Shown here one piece after another: positions 1-9,899 of a stretch of 29,148 nucleotides of DNA. Position 1 is the stretch's first letter; each line of letters begins with the position of its first letter. Source of the stretch: Candidatus Methylomirabilota bacterium (GTDB lineage: Bacteria; Methylomirabilota; Methylomirabilia; Rokubacteriales; CSP1-6); contig JBKPAK010000348.1 in assembly GCA_046726415.1 (NCBI GenBank), forward strand, positions 1 to 29,148. Reading direction: 5' to 3'. A program made the position numbers and the translations under genes. The notes under the pieces were generated by a model. The model was given only the letters and a program-made list of their open reading frames with translations, ran no database searches and was not told the origin of the DNA.

Positions 1-141
1 GACAGGTCGGCCGGCTGGCTTTCATCAGGGCGCGCGCCCTCTCCGCGAAGCCCGCCGCCTGAGCGCGCGTGACGCGAAAGCGCGCCGTTGCGCCTTCTTC
101 GCTCTCCTCTTCCTCGGTCAATTCGTTGGCGACGACCAGGA

Positions 142-603
142 GAGCATAAGAATTCCAAAGCCCGTTCGCTGCCGCCAACCTTTCCCCCCTTACCCCCTGC
201 CACAGGCCACGATCGTGCCCCGGAGGGCGAAGGCAAGCGTCCGGGAAGGGCGATGACCCTCGGCGGTGCTCAGAAGGGCGGCGATCCGTCGAGAACCGTG
301 CCCTCCTAGAGATGAAGTCGGGAGCGGCCAGAGCCAGAAGGAAGACGGGAGGCAGACGACGGCGAGAGGTCCGGATCCGGCGAGGGAATGCCGGGACGAG
401 GGGCTTGTTCGGCTACGCTCCCCGTCGCGGCGGCGGGCGCGACGCTCCGCGGATGGCGAGGCGATCACGAACCCGAGCCGCTCGAGCAAGACCCGCCGGC
501 GCTCGCCCCCCGTGTGCACCCCCACGATCCGCCGCCGGCCGCCGCAGCGCGGGCACTGAAAGACGTCCAGGGCGAAGACCCGGCGCAGCAGCGCCGCCCA
601 CCT
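142..603 (-). mobile_element. IS91/ISCR-family remnant: C-terminal tail of the Y2 HUH transposase plus the oriIS end
   Basis: Minus-strand peptide RWAALLRRVFALDVFQCPRCGGRRRIVGV matches the typical IS91-family C-terminal W..LL.RVF..D...CP.CGG motif. Downstream, GGGCTTTGGAATTCTTATGCTC (163-142) resembles ISCR oriIS GCGTTTGAACTTCCTATAC. The N-terminal part is absent. Confidence 0.8.
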
Positions 604-610
604 AGAACTC

Positions 611-1157
611 TCACTCTGCGCACCCAACGACCCGGGCGACGGCTCGGCCCGCGGCCCCGTCCCCTCGCTTCGCCCCGCCGGCTTCTCTGCTACCAATGTA
701 GTGAAGGCAATGACTCAAGTCGCCTCCGCTCGCATAGCCTACCAACGGACTTTCGAATGGATGCCCACCAAGTTCCGCTACGGCGAAGGAGTAGGCTACC
801 TTTGCCAGGAGTCGGCAGAACGCTTCAACGTCAGCCTTTGCCTCGGGCATGATTGAGTGCACACCAAGTTCTGCGACGAGCTTCTCTAGCAGCGCGTGGA
901 AGTCATGACTAGGCGATGCGCCTCTGATCCACAGTCGCTTCGTTACTGCCCCAGCCGCCGCGGTCTTCGGCAGTCCAGTGAGGATTCCGGGCATTTCCAG
1001 GTAAGGACACGCGATCAAGAATGGGTAGCGTTCCTGCGGGACCGGAAGGAGTCCCAGTTCCTGCGGGACCGGAAGGAGTCCCAGTCTTTGTCCGGCGCGT
1101 GCTTGACCTTGAGCCGCAACGTCTGCGGACGCCCCTTCTTTCGCCGTGTCGGCAGTC
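611..1157 (-). pseudogene. Remnant of a hypothetical protein, possibly the C-terminal region of an HNH-endonuclease family; cut by the IS3 end at 1158
   Basis: LPTRRKKGRPQTLRLKVK (1157-1100), a frame change, then ...ERYPFLIACPYLEMPGIL...FCRLLAKVAYSFAVAELG...HYIG. Visibly lower GC than the flanks. The family call is from memory of similar motifs only. Confidence 0.45.
1031..1084. repeat. Perfect 27-bp tandem duplication
   Basis: TTCCTGCGGGACCGGAAGGAGTCCCAG at 1031-1057 and 1058-1084, giving LGLLPVPQE twice in the peptide. Confidence 0.95.
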
Positions 1158-1499
1158 TGAACCGCCCCGGGTTTTCCGGAGAGCTCGTTAGTTGAGAACC
1201 ACCAGCTCGGCCGGCGCCGTCTGACGGTCATGATAGGCCTGCTCGAACTCGGCCGGGGGCATGTACCCCAGGGGTGCGAACAGGCGGCTGCCGTTGTACC
1301 ACGCGACCCACTCGAGCGTCGCGAACTCGACGTCCTCGAGCCCCTTCCAAGGTCCACGACGATGAATCTCTTCGGTCTTGAACAGCCCGATTACAGTCTC
1401 CGCCAGCGCGTTGTCGTACGAGTCGCCGGTGCTGCCCACCGAGGGCTCGATGCCAGCCTCGGCCAACCGCTCCGTGTACCGAATCGACAGGTACTGCAC
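1158..1499 (-). mobile_element. IS3-family (IS51/IS6110-like) right end with the C-terminus of OrfB
   Basis: [42 protein letters not shown]...WYN, stop at 1188. Terminal IR TGAACCGCCCCGGGTTTTCCGGAGAG at 1158 is IS6110-like. Confidence 0.9.
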
Positions 1500-1565
1500 T
1501 GTCTCTGGGGGGAGCTTCCGATAAGAGGATGTTGGGTCAACAGGCCCTTTATCCCGCCTATGCTC
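1499..1565 (+). repeat. 67-bp unit, copy 1, ending in an IS91/ISCR oriIS-like motif
   Basis: CTGTCTCTGGGGGGAGCTTCCGATAAGAGGATGTTGGGTCAACAGGCCCTTTATCCCGCCTATGCTC, identical to 11235-11301. Confidence 0.9.
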
Positions 1566-1883
1566 CGCAGGATCGTGTCGGGCGTCACGAGGGTCGCGAC
1601 CTGCCTCAAGAGCCGTCGCCCGAGTCGGCGGCCTTTGGCGGCGAGACGTCGGCGCCGGTCGTCGGTCAAGCGGAGGCGGCGCCCCTTCGGCTGCCCCTTG
1701 AAGGCCCGATTCTCCTCCATCAGGTATTCGATGAAGTGTTGTTGGTGGCGGTTTTATCCAGCCCGCGAGGGTCACGAGCAGCACCTGCAAGGGGTAGACA
1801 TCGGCCGTCATGGGCCGATCGTACCGCGCCTCAACCCGGCCCGTGTACCGAGTGAGGCTCAGGCGAGTATTCGGACCCTACGG
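1566..1883 (-). mobile_element. 5' remnant of an rve integrase-core IS (frameshifted and truncated)
   Basis: MTADVYPLQVLLVTLAGWI, a frame change, then ...[56 protein letters not shown], cut at the 67-bp unit. Putative end CGAGTATTCGGACCCTACGG (1864-1883) resembles the end of the 22378-23661 IS. Confidence 0.75.
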
Positions 1884-2056
1884 GGGAGCGTTTCCAGCGC
1901 TACTGGCGGGAGGTCCACGGTCGCCGCCTACGAGGGCGGACGTCGGCCACGCGCGCGTCGGCGGCCACCACCGGGTACGCCCGCGTGAGAGCGGACGAGC
2001 AAAACTTCGTCGCCTGACCGCAAGATCCTCGTCGCATACGCCACGCCATCGGCCGG

Positions 2057-4198
2057 TCAACCATTGACCGTCACTAGTATCGTTTGTCCTGGATCCCCGA
2101 AGAGAATGATGTAGGCGAGCCCGCCCGCGGGAGGCAGAACGATTTCGGAGGGTCCCTCGCTGGCCGCGACTGAGGTGAAGGCGGGATCGTAGATCCGCCA
2201 GGCGCCGGTGGTGGCGATGTCCACGCCGACAGGGGTCGAGTCGGTGGCCACGGCGCGCCACTCAGCATAGCCATCAGGACCGATGGTGACCGTACTGGTG
2301 GCGCCGCCCGGCAGAACTGGCACCGCATCGAGCGGCACGTGCATGTAGCTGCCAAAGCGGGTCCACTCCACGCCGTCCCGCACCACGATGTCGAGATCGT
2401 TGAGATCGCGGCCGTTGATCTGAGGAATGAGGAGCATCATCGTCGCCACGGCGTCGCTTGCCGACGGGTCGACGATGTAGAACCCGGGCTCTTTTGGTGG
2501 GCGGACGGCGATGAGCCCATTCAGCTCGGGGGTGGTGGCAAGCCGCAGTCGCGGGTCCATTGTCGGCCACGAAAGTGAGTCCGGGCGCTCGTTCACCAGG
2601 AGCCATGTTCCGGAGAGCCTGGCGATCCAAGCGACCGAGAGGCCGTGGCCAGGACCACGTACCCTCTGTAGCAAAAGGGCGTCGTCGAGAAATTGCCCGT
2701 AGCCGCCGGGGCTGCGCAACACGATGTACTGCGTGCCTCCGGCGTCGACGACCTTTATTGACCGCAAGGGAGTCTGGTCGGCCGAGAACCACCCGTCACC
2801 GCGGTGCTTCAACGGGTTGGGGTCCGGCGTCCAGCCGCTGTCGGACAGCGTGAAAGACTGTAGTGAACTGTCGGGCTGCGGCTGAAGCCGGGTGATGAGG
2901 TTATACGCCGCGTATTCTCCAGCGATGGCAGACAGGAGGCCGGGGGAGACCGGTTCGACCGGGGGCACCACGGCTGGAAGCGGCCTTGGAAAGGCCCGGA
3001 TCTCCGCGAGGGCGCGGAGCAGCACCCGCTGCCCGATCATGGTCGCGTGTCCGGACCCGAAGCCCGAGGCGCCGATCACCACAGCGGCGAGTTGTGCCTT
3101 GGGCGACACGATGATGGCCGCTCCGTAGTCGGTGACATCTCCACCCTTGCCCCATCCGTCGAAGCCGACGGTCCGCAAGCCCGGCTCCGTGACGGTGTCC
3201 CAGCCGAGGCCGAAAGCGAACGCGTTGGAACGGACCGGGTTGAAGGTCCCAGCGGCCTGGTCCACCGCCATTTCGGTCACGGAAGCTTCGGAAAGGATGC
3301 GGATCCTGCCCACCCTTCCGCCGCCGAGGAACATCATGGCGAGCCGCGCCAGGTCGTTCGCGGTGCTGAAAACCCCGCCCGTGGCAAGGAGATTCACGAA
3401 CTCCTGGGGCTGGGCCACGCCGTGACTGTATGCCTTGGCATACGAACCGTCGGGCAATGGCGCGGTCGGATAGCGGGTGTTGTTCATGCCGAGCGGGTTC
3501 AGGATCTCGTCCTGAACGAACTGGACGAAGCTCTTGCCGGTTATGGCCGGGACGAGAGCTCCGATGAGGGTGAAGCCGTCATTGCAATAGACGTTCATGT
3601 AACCCGGCGGCGCCTTCAGCCGTTCGATCGAGAGCGACTGCAAGAGCTGGTCGAGATATCCCGGAAAAAGCGTGGTGGTTTCGGAATTGCGATAGTCTGT
3701 CCCCGGGAAGCCCGAGGAGTGGTTGAGGAGCATCCGGACCGTGATCCTCCCGTGCTCCGCTGAGGCCATCCGGAAGTCCGGCAGGTATTCGATGAGCGGC
3801 CGGTCAAGGTCGACCAGGCCCTTTTCGACGAGCTTCAGGGCGGCGATGGTCGCGAAGAGCTTGCTCACCGAACCGACGCCGAACATGGTCTCACTGGTGG
3901 CCGCCTTGCCGGCCTCTCGATCGGCAAGGCCAAAGCCCTCGCTCCAGATGACTCGCCGGCGAGCGACAAGCGCGATCGTGAGGGCCGACGCCTTCCCTTC
4001 CTTCAATACATCCTGGGCGGCGGTCCGTCCTTCCTCGATCGCTGCCTCGTAGCTCGGCGGGCGAGGGCGGCGACCAGTCCGAGGCTCCCCGCGCTGGTCA
4101 GCCTGAACTGGAGACGGGCCAGGGCAGGAGACAAGAAGGAGGACGATCGTGATGGCTGTAACGATTCGCCTGAGAGCAGGGCTTGAATTTGTGGGCAC
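2057..4198 (-). CDS. Exported serine hydrolase (beta-lactamase class C / PBP-like) with a long C-terminal extension
   Basis: 713 aa with SxxK (GSVSK), LLNHSSG, YxN (YCN), GGVFST and KGG. Hydrophobic N-terminus with a possible lipobox LVSC. Confidence 0.9.
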   Translation of the reverse strand: MPTNSSPALRRIVTAITIVLLLVSCPGPSPVQADQRGEPRTGRRPRPPSYEAAIEEGRTAAQDVLKEGKASALTIALVARRRVIWSEGFGLADREAGKAATSETMFGVGSVSKLFATIAALKLVEKGLVDLDRPLIEYLPDFRMASAEHGRITVRMLLNHSSGFPGTDYRNSETTTLFPGYLDQLLQSLSIERLKAPPGYMNVYCNDGFTLIGALVPAITGKSFVQFVQDEILNPLGMNNTRYPTAPLPDGSYAKAYSHGVAQPQEFVNLLATGGVFSTANDLARLAMMFLGGGRVGRIRILSEASVTEMAVDQAAGTFNPVRSNAFAFGLGWDTVTEPGLRTVGFDGWGKGGDVTDYGAAIIVSPKAQLAAVVIGASGFGSGHATMIGQRVLLRALAEIRAFPRPLPAVVPPVEPVSPGLLSAIAGEYAAYNLITRLQPQPDSSLQSFTLSDSGWTPDPNPLKHRGDGWFSADQTPLRSIKVVDAGGTQYIVLRSPGGYGQFLDDALLLQRVRGPGHGLSVAWIARLSGTWLLVNERPDSLSWPTMDPRLRLATTPELNGLIAVRPPKEPGFYIVDPSASDAVATMMLLIPQINGRDLNDLDIVVRDGVEWTRFGSYMHVPLDAVPVLPGGATSTVTIGPDGYAEWRAVATDSTPVGVDIATTGAWRIYDPAFTSVAASEGPSEIVLPPAGGLAYIILFGDPGQTILVTVNG

Positions 4199-4264
4199 GG
4201 TCTCGACCGTAACACATCATGAGCCCGGGGAGCCCTTTCCGCGTACAGCCTGATGGCGGAGGGT

Positions 4265-5530
4265 TTATTTCGACGGGCGCAGGACGTCGATTGCCCAGGC
4301 AACGTCCAGGCGCTCGCCCGTCCAGAATGGCATCACCGTCCGCGCACGGAGGTCGAGCCCGTCCGCTTCGTGCCGAGCCCGGAGCGCCTTCACGGGATCC
4401 TCCGACACCTCGGGAGCCGGCGGTACCTCGGGCATGAGCCGGCCGTCCGGCCGGTGAAAGCAGAGGGCGCCGTCTGAGCGACGCTCCACCTCGTAGCCCT
4501 CCTCGTGAACGACGCGGTGGTGCCGGCGACAGAGCATGGCGAGATTCGACAAGGTGGTGGGCCCTCCCCGCGCTCAGTGCCGGATGTGATGGCCCTGGCC
4601 GAACCGGACCCCACAGCCCGGAAAGCGGCAGCCGCGGTCGCGATGGTGAGCGCCCGCCGGATCGCTGGGGGAATCGTCCTGGCTCGCGCATCGACCTCCA
4701 CGACCCGGCCGTCGCGGCCGTAGCGCATCACTACCCGGCTGGCGTCACAGGCCAGGCGCTGGGACGTTCCAGCTGGAACGCGCGCACCATCCTCGACGGC
4801 CGACTGACCGGGGGGCGTCGGCATCCGCCAAGACCTCGGCGTCCACGTGGACCACCACCTGGTAGAGCTCGCCAGGGTTCCCGGGGTCGGAGGCCGTGGT
4901 GGAGAGCCTCCGCGAGCAGGGCGAGGGCGTCCGCCTGTTGCTGCTCCATCGTCGGCGGGTCGGCGTCCGGTTCGCTCCGCCGCCTCTGCTGGTACAACGT
5001 TTCGCGGGCGGCGGCGAGCGCCTGCACGAGCAGAGCACCCACCTCGGCGGTCAGCCGCCCCTTGATCCTGACAGTGCCGGCGCTGTCCGGATACACGTGC
5101 AGCGCCCGGCTCGCGTGTTGGAGAGCCGCCTCCCGGGCCTCGGCCTGGTGGTCCACTCGTCGCCAGCCGCGCACGATCCGCGCGACATGCTCGGTCGTTC
5201 CGGCCCGGCCCACCGCCAGCAGCCGCGCTTCGGTTTCCGGCGTGGCGACGCGCGTCAGCTCACGGACCTTGGAGTATGATTTAGCTCGCCGCGAGCGAGG
5301 GCCCGAGCCAGCAGGGGCAAGCTGCCAAGGGTGCGCGCCACCCGCACGTGCTCGCGGGCGGCGCCCGGCGCCAGCCCAATGCGCCAGGTCGGCCACGCGG
5401 CGCAGGACGGGAAGCCGTTGTTCCGGCCGCCGCGGGCATCGAACTCGCGAATAAGGTCGAGCAGGCGCGCCGTGGCGGCCTCGAGGTGGGCCGACAGCTC
5501 CGCGATCTCATCGCCGAGGCGCTCCAGGTC
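4265..5530 (-). pseudogene. DUF222 plus HNH endonuclease (13E12-repeat-like), with several frameshifts
   Basis: Pieces across frames: LGDEIAELSAHLEAATARLLDLIREFD, SYSKVRELTRVATPETE, QRLACDASRVV, RTIPPAIRRAL, RDRGCRFPGC, GHHIRH* (W to stop) and SNLAMLCRRHHRVVHE. Confidence 0.85.
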
Positions 5531-5614
5531 CGGGCTGGGCCCTAGAGGCGCCCTCCACCTTGGCCGTGAAGTCGGCGTCGATCTGGAGATCTCGGGCAGG
5601 ATCAAGACAGGCGC

Positions 5615-5841
5615 CTCCTACGAGACCCGACCGGATGCCCACCTTGACGCCCTGGGGCAAGGGGGCGCAGCCTTGAGCGGATGCCGACCAACGTCTTTGA
5701 GGGCGGAGATCGGGCGGGGATTTTCTCAGCCGTTCGGCACCAGCGGTTTCGGCCGCTGTGGACGGCGTCGATCCTGTCGGGCGGCGCCTGCATGACCGCG
5801 CTCACGGCGTGCGGCTGGGTGGCGTTCGAGCTGCACCACCA
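5615..5841 (+). pseudogene. Diverged inverted partial duplicate of the 5' end and upstream region of the MFS gene at 11831-13147
   Basis: MPTNVFEGGDRAGIFSAVRHQRFRPLWTASILSGGACMTALTACGWVAFELHH versus MPTSIVAGGDRAGIFSAVRHKRFRPLWTASILSGVAYMTALTASGWVAFDLHH. About 65 bp of upstream DNA is also shared. Confidence 0.9.
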
Positions 5842-5844
5842 AGC

Positions 5845-5867
5845 GGGCCTTTATCGCGCCTATGCTC
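5845..5867 (+). repeat. Isolated oriIS-like motif
   Basis: GGGCCTTTATCGCGCCTATGCTC matches the last 23 nt of the 67-bp unit at 21 of 23 positions, and lies where the MFS duplicate stops. Confidence 0.7.
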
Positions 5868-6059
5868 TTCCTCCCACCAGCTGCTGTCTCCACCTGTGGT
5901 CGCCTTGAGGATGGTCGCGGCAAGTTGGCAGACACGTCGCCGTGGTGTAACAGGCAGACACACACGGGAGCCACCAAGGATTGGTAAGGGAGGCGACCCT
6001 CACGCGTTGGTAAGTCCGAAACCAGAGCCATCCTGATTAACAGTCCCGCGCCGGGTCGA

Positions 6060-7609
6060 GGCGATGTCCCGCTTGGTGTTGAATTTGGCTGAGCGCGACG
6101 GCACGGCATGATACCCGTTGGTCACGGCATTCTGGGGAATACCGACATAGCGACCCCCCGGGAGAAGATCGATCCTACGGTCTCTACGGTCCTCGTCATC
6201 CCGAGGTCTCTCGGCCGTCGGGCTCATGCGGCCTGCTCGGCACCCGCTCGGAGCGCCGTCACGAGCGCGCTGAGTTCGTGATGGTGCTTGATCCGACGGA
6301 ACCGCTCGGCCGCGCGCCGCAGACCGAGACCCAGCCAGCGCTGCCGCATGTCCCCGCCGCGCCAGCGCTTCACGTTGCGGCTCACGTGGCGCAGCGTCCC
6401 GATCAGGTTCTCGATGCAGTTCGTCGTCGCGAAGAAGCGCCGCAGTGCGGGCGGCAGCCCCAGCTTCAGCACGGTGAGCGTCTCCTCGAGCCCCTCCCGC
6501 AAGCTGGCCGCCGCGGCAGCCTGGCCATTGGCCTCCAGCCAAGTCCCGAGCGCCGTCAGCTGCCGGCGTGCGGCGGCGGTGCTCACCGCCCGGTACGCCC
6601 GGCGCAGCGCGGCGCGCACGTACACCTGGCGCGCCTTGGGGACGAGGGCTTCCAGGTTGCGCCCCTTGTGGAGCTAGCAGCGCTGGATCACGGCGGCGTC
6701 ACCGAGGACGTCGCGGAGCGCCTTGCGGAGTCCCTTACCCCCATCGATCACGCAGAGGACCCGGCTCTCGACGGCGAGGCCGCGCGCCAGCAAGTCCTGC
6801 AGCAGGTCGGTGCACACCACCGCGTTCTCGGTGGAGCCCAGGCTCAGGCCCAGCGGTTCCTTGCGCCCGTCGCGCGTGATCCCCAGGGCCACGATCGCCG
6901 TCTGCTGGGCCACGACGACGCCGTCCACGAAGAGGGCGATGATCTCGAGCCCCTCCAGCCGGGCGGGTGAGCTGCTCCTGCAGCCGCTGGCGCGTCCGGC
7001 GGACCAGCGCTCGGCTGACCGCGCTCTTACTGCTCCCCCGCGTGCGCCGGGCCGGGGGCCGCGGCTCCAGGCTCCCCTCGTAGTTCCGCGTGGACACCCC
7101 GACCAGCAGCTACCGCATCATCCGCGCGCTCAGCGGATCCCGCGCGCGGAACGGCCACCGACGGTAGGGTCGCCTCACGGCCGTCGGTGCCGCACACCCG
7201 GGGCCGCCGCAGCTGCAGCCGGCGCCCCCCGAAGGTGACCTCGGTCCCCGTGGGTGCCCCAGTGATAATGGGTGCGCGCCGCCTGGTGTCGGCCCTTCGG
7301 CCCGGCCCGGGCCGTGGCTTCCTCGCGGAACAGCTCATCGAGGGCAGCCAGCCCGTGCGCGTGCACCCAGGCCAACAGGTGCGCGCGGGTCGTCGTCATC
7401 CCGGCCAGCATCGGTTCCACCAGCACCGCCAGCTCCAGGGTAGCGGCATTCACCGCTTGCCTTCGCGGCCTGCTCTCTGCTCTCTTCTTCATCGGCGGCT
7501 CCTTGGCCCCCGGCGTTGGGGACCGTTGTCTTGGCCGACCCGATTCTCAGGCCGACCAGTGAGCCGTCGCTACTCAGTTCGCAAGTTCAACAGGCAGTGG
7601 GACATCGCC
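6060..7609 (-). mobile_element. IS256-family element with complete ends and an 8-bp target-site duplication
   Basis: IRs GGCGATGTCCCGCTTGGTGTTGAA and TTCAACAGGCAGTGGGACATCGCC. Direct repeat CGGGTCGA at 6052-6059 and 7610-7617. Confidence 0.92.
6224..7492 (-). pseudogene. IS256 (Mutator) transposase, inactivated
   Basis: Motifs DGVVV..ALGITRDGRKEPLGL, VIDGGKGL, QRC and TTNCIE are split over several frames, with an in-frame TAG at 6674-6676. Confidence 0.9.
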
Positions 7610-7695
7610 CGGGTCGATCCACCGGGACGTATCGCGATCTTTCCTCACGGGTATAATCTGTGACTCGATCGACTACCCACCGGAGGTCCCAGGCT

Positions 7696-9239
7696 ATGCG
7701 ACGCTTCCTTCCCCTCTCCGTCGGGCTGGCCGGACTGCTTGCGCTGCTCGCCGGCGCGGTGGCGGCCGCGGAAGCGCTCACACCAAGCCCGCGCGAAGAG
7801 CTCATCGTCCCCCATCTCGACTGGAGTCCTTGCGGCGAGGGCAGCGAGTTCGCCTGCGCTAGGGCGCAGGTGCCCCTGGTTACAGCGATCCCGGACGTCG
7901 CACCATCGAGCTCGCGCTGATCAAGCGGGGAGCCACCGACCCCGGCCGGCGCATCGGTACCCTTTTCTTCAACCCCGGCGGCCCCGGCGGGGCTGGAACG
8001 GCCCTACTGCCGCAGTGGTACGCGTTCTTCCCGCGTGAGGTACGGGAGCGATTCGACATCGTCAGCTGGGATCCACGCGGGGTAGGCGAGAGCACCGCCG
8101 TGCGCTGCTTCGACAGCGCCGAGGAAGCCATCGCCTGGAAGGCACGCATCCCCACGGGGTTCCCGGTCGGCAGGAAGGAGAGGGTGACCTGGGTTACTGA
8201 GTGGGCCGAGCTCAGCCAGCGCTGCCTGGAGCGTGACCCTGAGCTCCCGCGTTACGTCTCAACCGCCGACACCGCGCGCGATCTGGACCTGCTCCGCCAG
8301 GCCGTAGGGGAAACGCAGCTCACCTATTATGGAATCTCCTACGGGAGCTTCCTGGGCGCGACCTATACCAACCTCTTCCCTGGCCATGTTCGCGCGTTGA
8401 TCCTCGACGGCAACATCGACCCGGCGGCGTGGATGAATACGGGCGCCGACGGCCCACCCCGCCTCAGCACCGGCCTGCGATTGGGCTCGGACCTGTCCGG
8501 GGCGGCCACGCTGGACCAGTTCCTGCTTCACTGTGGCCACTCCCCCGTCGAACGGTGCGCGTTCTCCGCCGGAAATTTGAGCGCGACCCGGCGAAAGTTC
8601 GATAAGCTGATGTCCCGCCTTCAACACCAATCCCAGGGCACCTGGACCTACGGCAGGACCGTCAACGCCGTGACACACGAGGAGCTCCTCTTTCTCGCGC
8701 AGTGGCCCTCCCTCGCCGAAGGCCTGCAGACCCTGTGGGAGGGCCGTACGCCGGCGTCGCCATCACCACGCGCCGGCCCGCCCCCTTACCCTGGATTCGA
8801 GCAAGAATATGCCGTGGCGTGCTCCGAGAGCCCCAATCCGCGTCGCCCGGGCAGCTACCAGATCCTGGAGGTGTTCAGCTACGCCCGGGCGGGCGACGTG
8901 GGACGCTGGTGGACCTGGAACTATGAGCCGTGTGCGACCTGGCCCGCCAGAGCAGCCAACCCGTACGCCGGCCCGTGGAACCGCCCCACCACGAATCCTA
9001 TTCTTGTGATCAATCCCACCTTCGATCCCGCCACGTCCTTTCGGGGGGCGGAGGCCATGGTCCGCGAACTGGCTGACGCCCGCCTGCTCACCCTTGAGGG
9101 CTATGGGCACACCGCGCTGCTCAACCCCAGTACGTGCATCAACGAGCACGCGAGCCGCTACCTCATCGACGGCACTCTCCCGCCCGTGGGAGCCACCTGC
9201 ACGCAAGACACGCCCCCCTTCGCCATCTCCCAACCTTGA
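7696..9239 (+). pseudogene. Secreted alpha/beta hydrolase (TAP/tripeptidyl-aminopeptidase-like) with one frameshift near 7878
   Basis: Signal peptide MRRFLPLSVGLAGLLALLAGAVAAA after a GGAGG RBS. Then LFFNPGGPG, FDIVSWDPRGVG, nucleophile GISYG, FDPAT and GYGHT. The expected VPL-D-Y reading lacks one base. Confidence 0.85.
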
Positions 9240-9431
9240 CCGAGCGCGCTGTGGGTTCGTCGAGGGCACTTGAGCTGCTGAGGCCCCGCCCGTTGCCGTG
9301 AGGCACACATCCGGCCCGGCGACGAAGGCGCCGCGATCCACGACGGACAGCCTAGGCGCCCCGCGCGACGCGCGGAGCACCCCGACCCGCCCGGGGGAGG
9401 TCGGGTTGACGTGGAAGCCCGTACTCCCACC

Positions 9432-9835
9432 ATGGTGCAAACCATCGGGCACTCCAACCGACCGCTGGAGGGGTTCCTGCAGTTGCTCCGGGCTCACCGG
9501 GTGACCTTGGTCGTCGACGTCCGCAAGATGCCCCGCGCTCACCGAACGCCGGTTGGAGGAACGCCTCGTTTCAAGGGTACGCCGACTACATGCTGACGTC
9601 TGAGTTCGAGCGGAGCCTGGACGACCTGTTGACCCGGGCACGCGGACACGATGCGGCCTTGATGTGCGCCGAGGCCGTGCCGTGGCGCTGTCACCGCTCC
9701 CTGATCGCCGACGCCCTGGTCGTGCGAGCCGTCGCCGTGGAGCACATCCTCAGTGCTTCGCGCACGCAGCCGCACGTGCTACGGCCTTGGGCCGAAGTGC
9801 GTGGGACCCGGATCACGTATCCGCTTCAGGCATAG
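9432..9835 (+). pseudogene. DUF488-family protein with an internal deletion and frameshift
   Basis: TIGHSNRPLEGFLQLL..LVVDVRKMPR joins in another frame to NAGWRNASFQGYADYM..ALMCAEAVPWRCHRSLIADAL; the usual middle segment is missing. Confidence 0.85.
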
Positions 9836-9899
9836 GCCATAGGTAGAGCGAGGTGAGGAGCCCGAGTTCAACAGCGTTCAGGACGTACGCGTCCGCAAG

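Noticed and set aside
1031..1084. 27-bp repeat as a CRISPR
   Set aside because: Two abutting copies with no spacer and no cas genes.
1499..1506. CTGTCTCT as a Nextera adapter remnant
   Set aside because: Only 8 nt match; it continues GGGG rather than TATACACATCT. Reads should still be checked.
5868..6051. Possible riboswitch in the intergenic stretch
   Set aside because: No recognisable consensus by eye; an Rfam scan would be needed.
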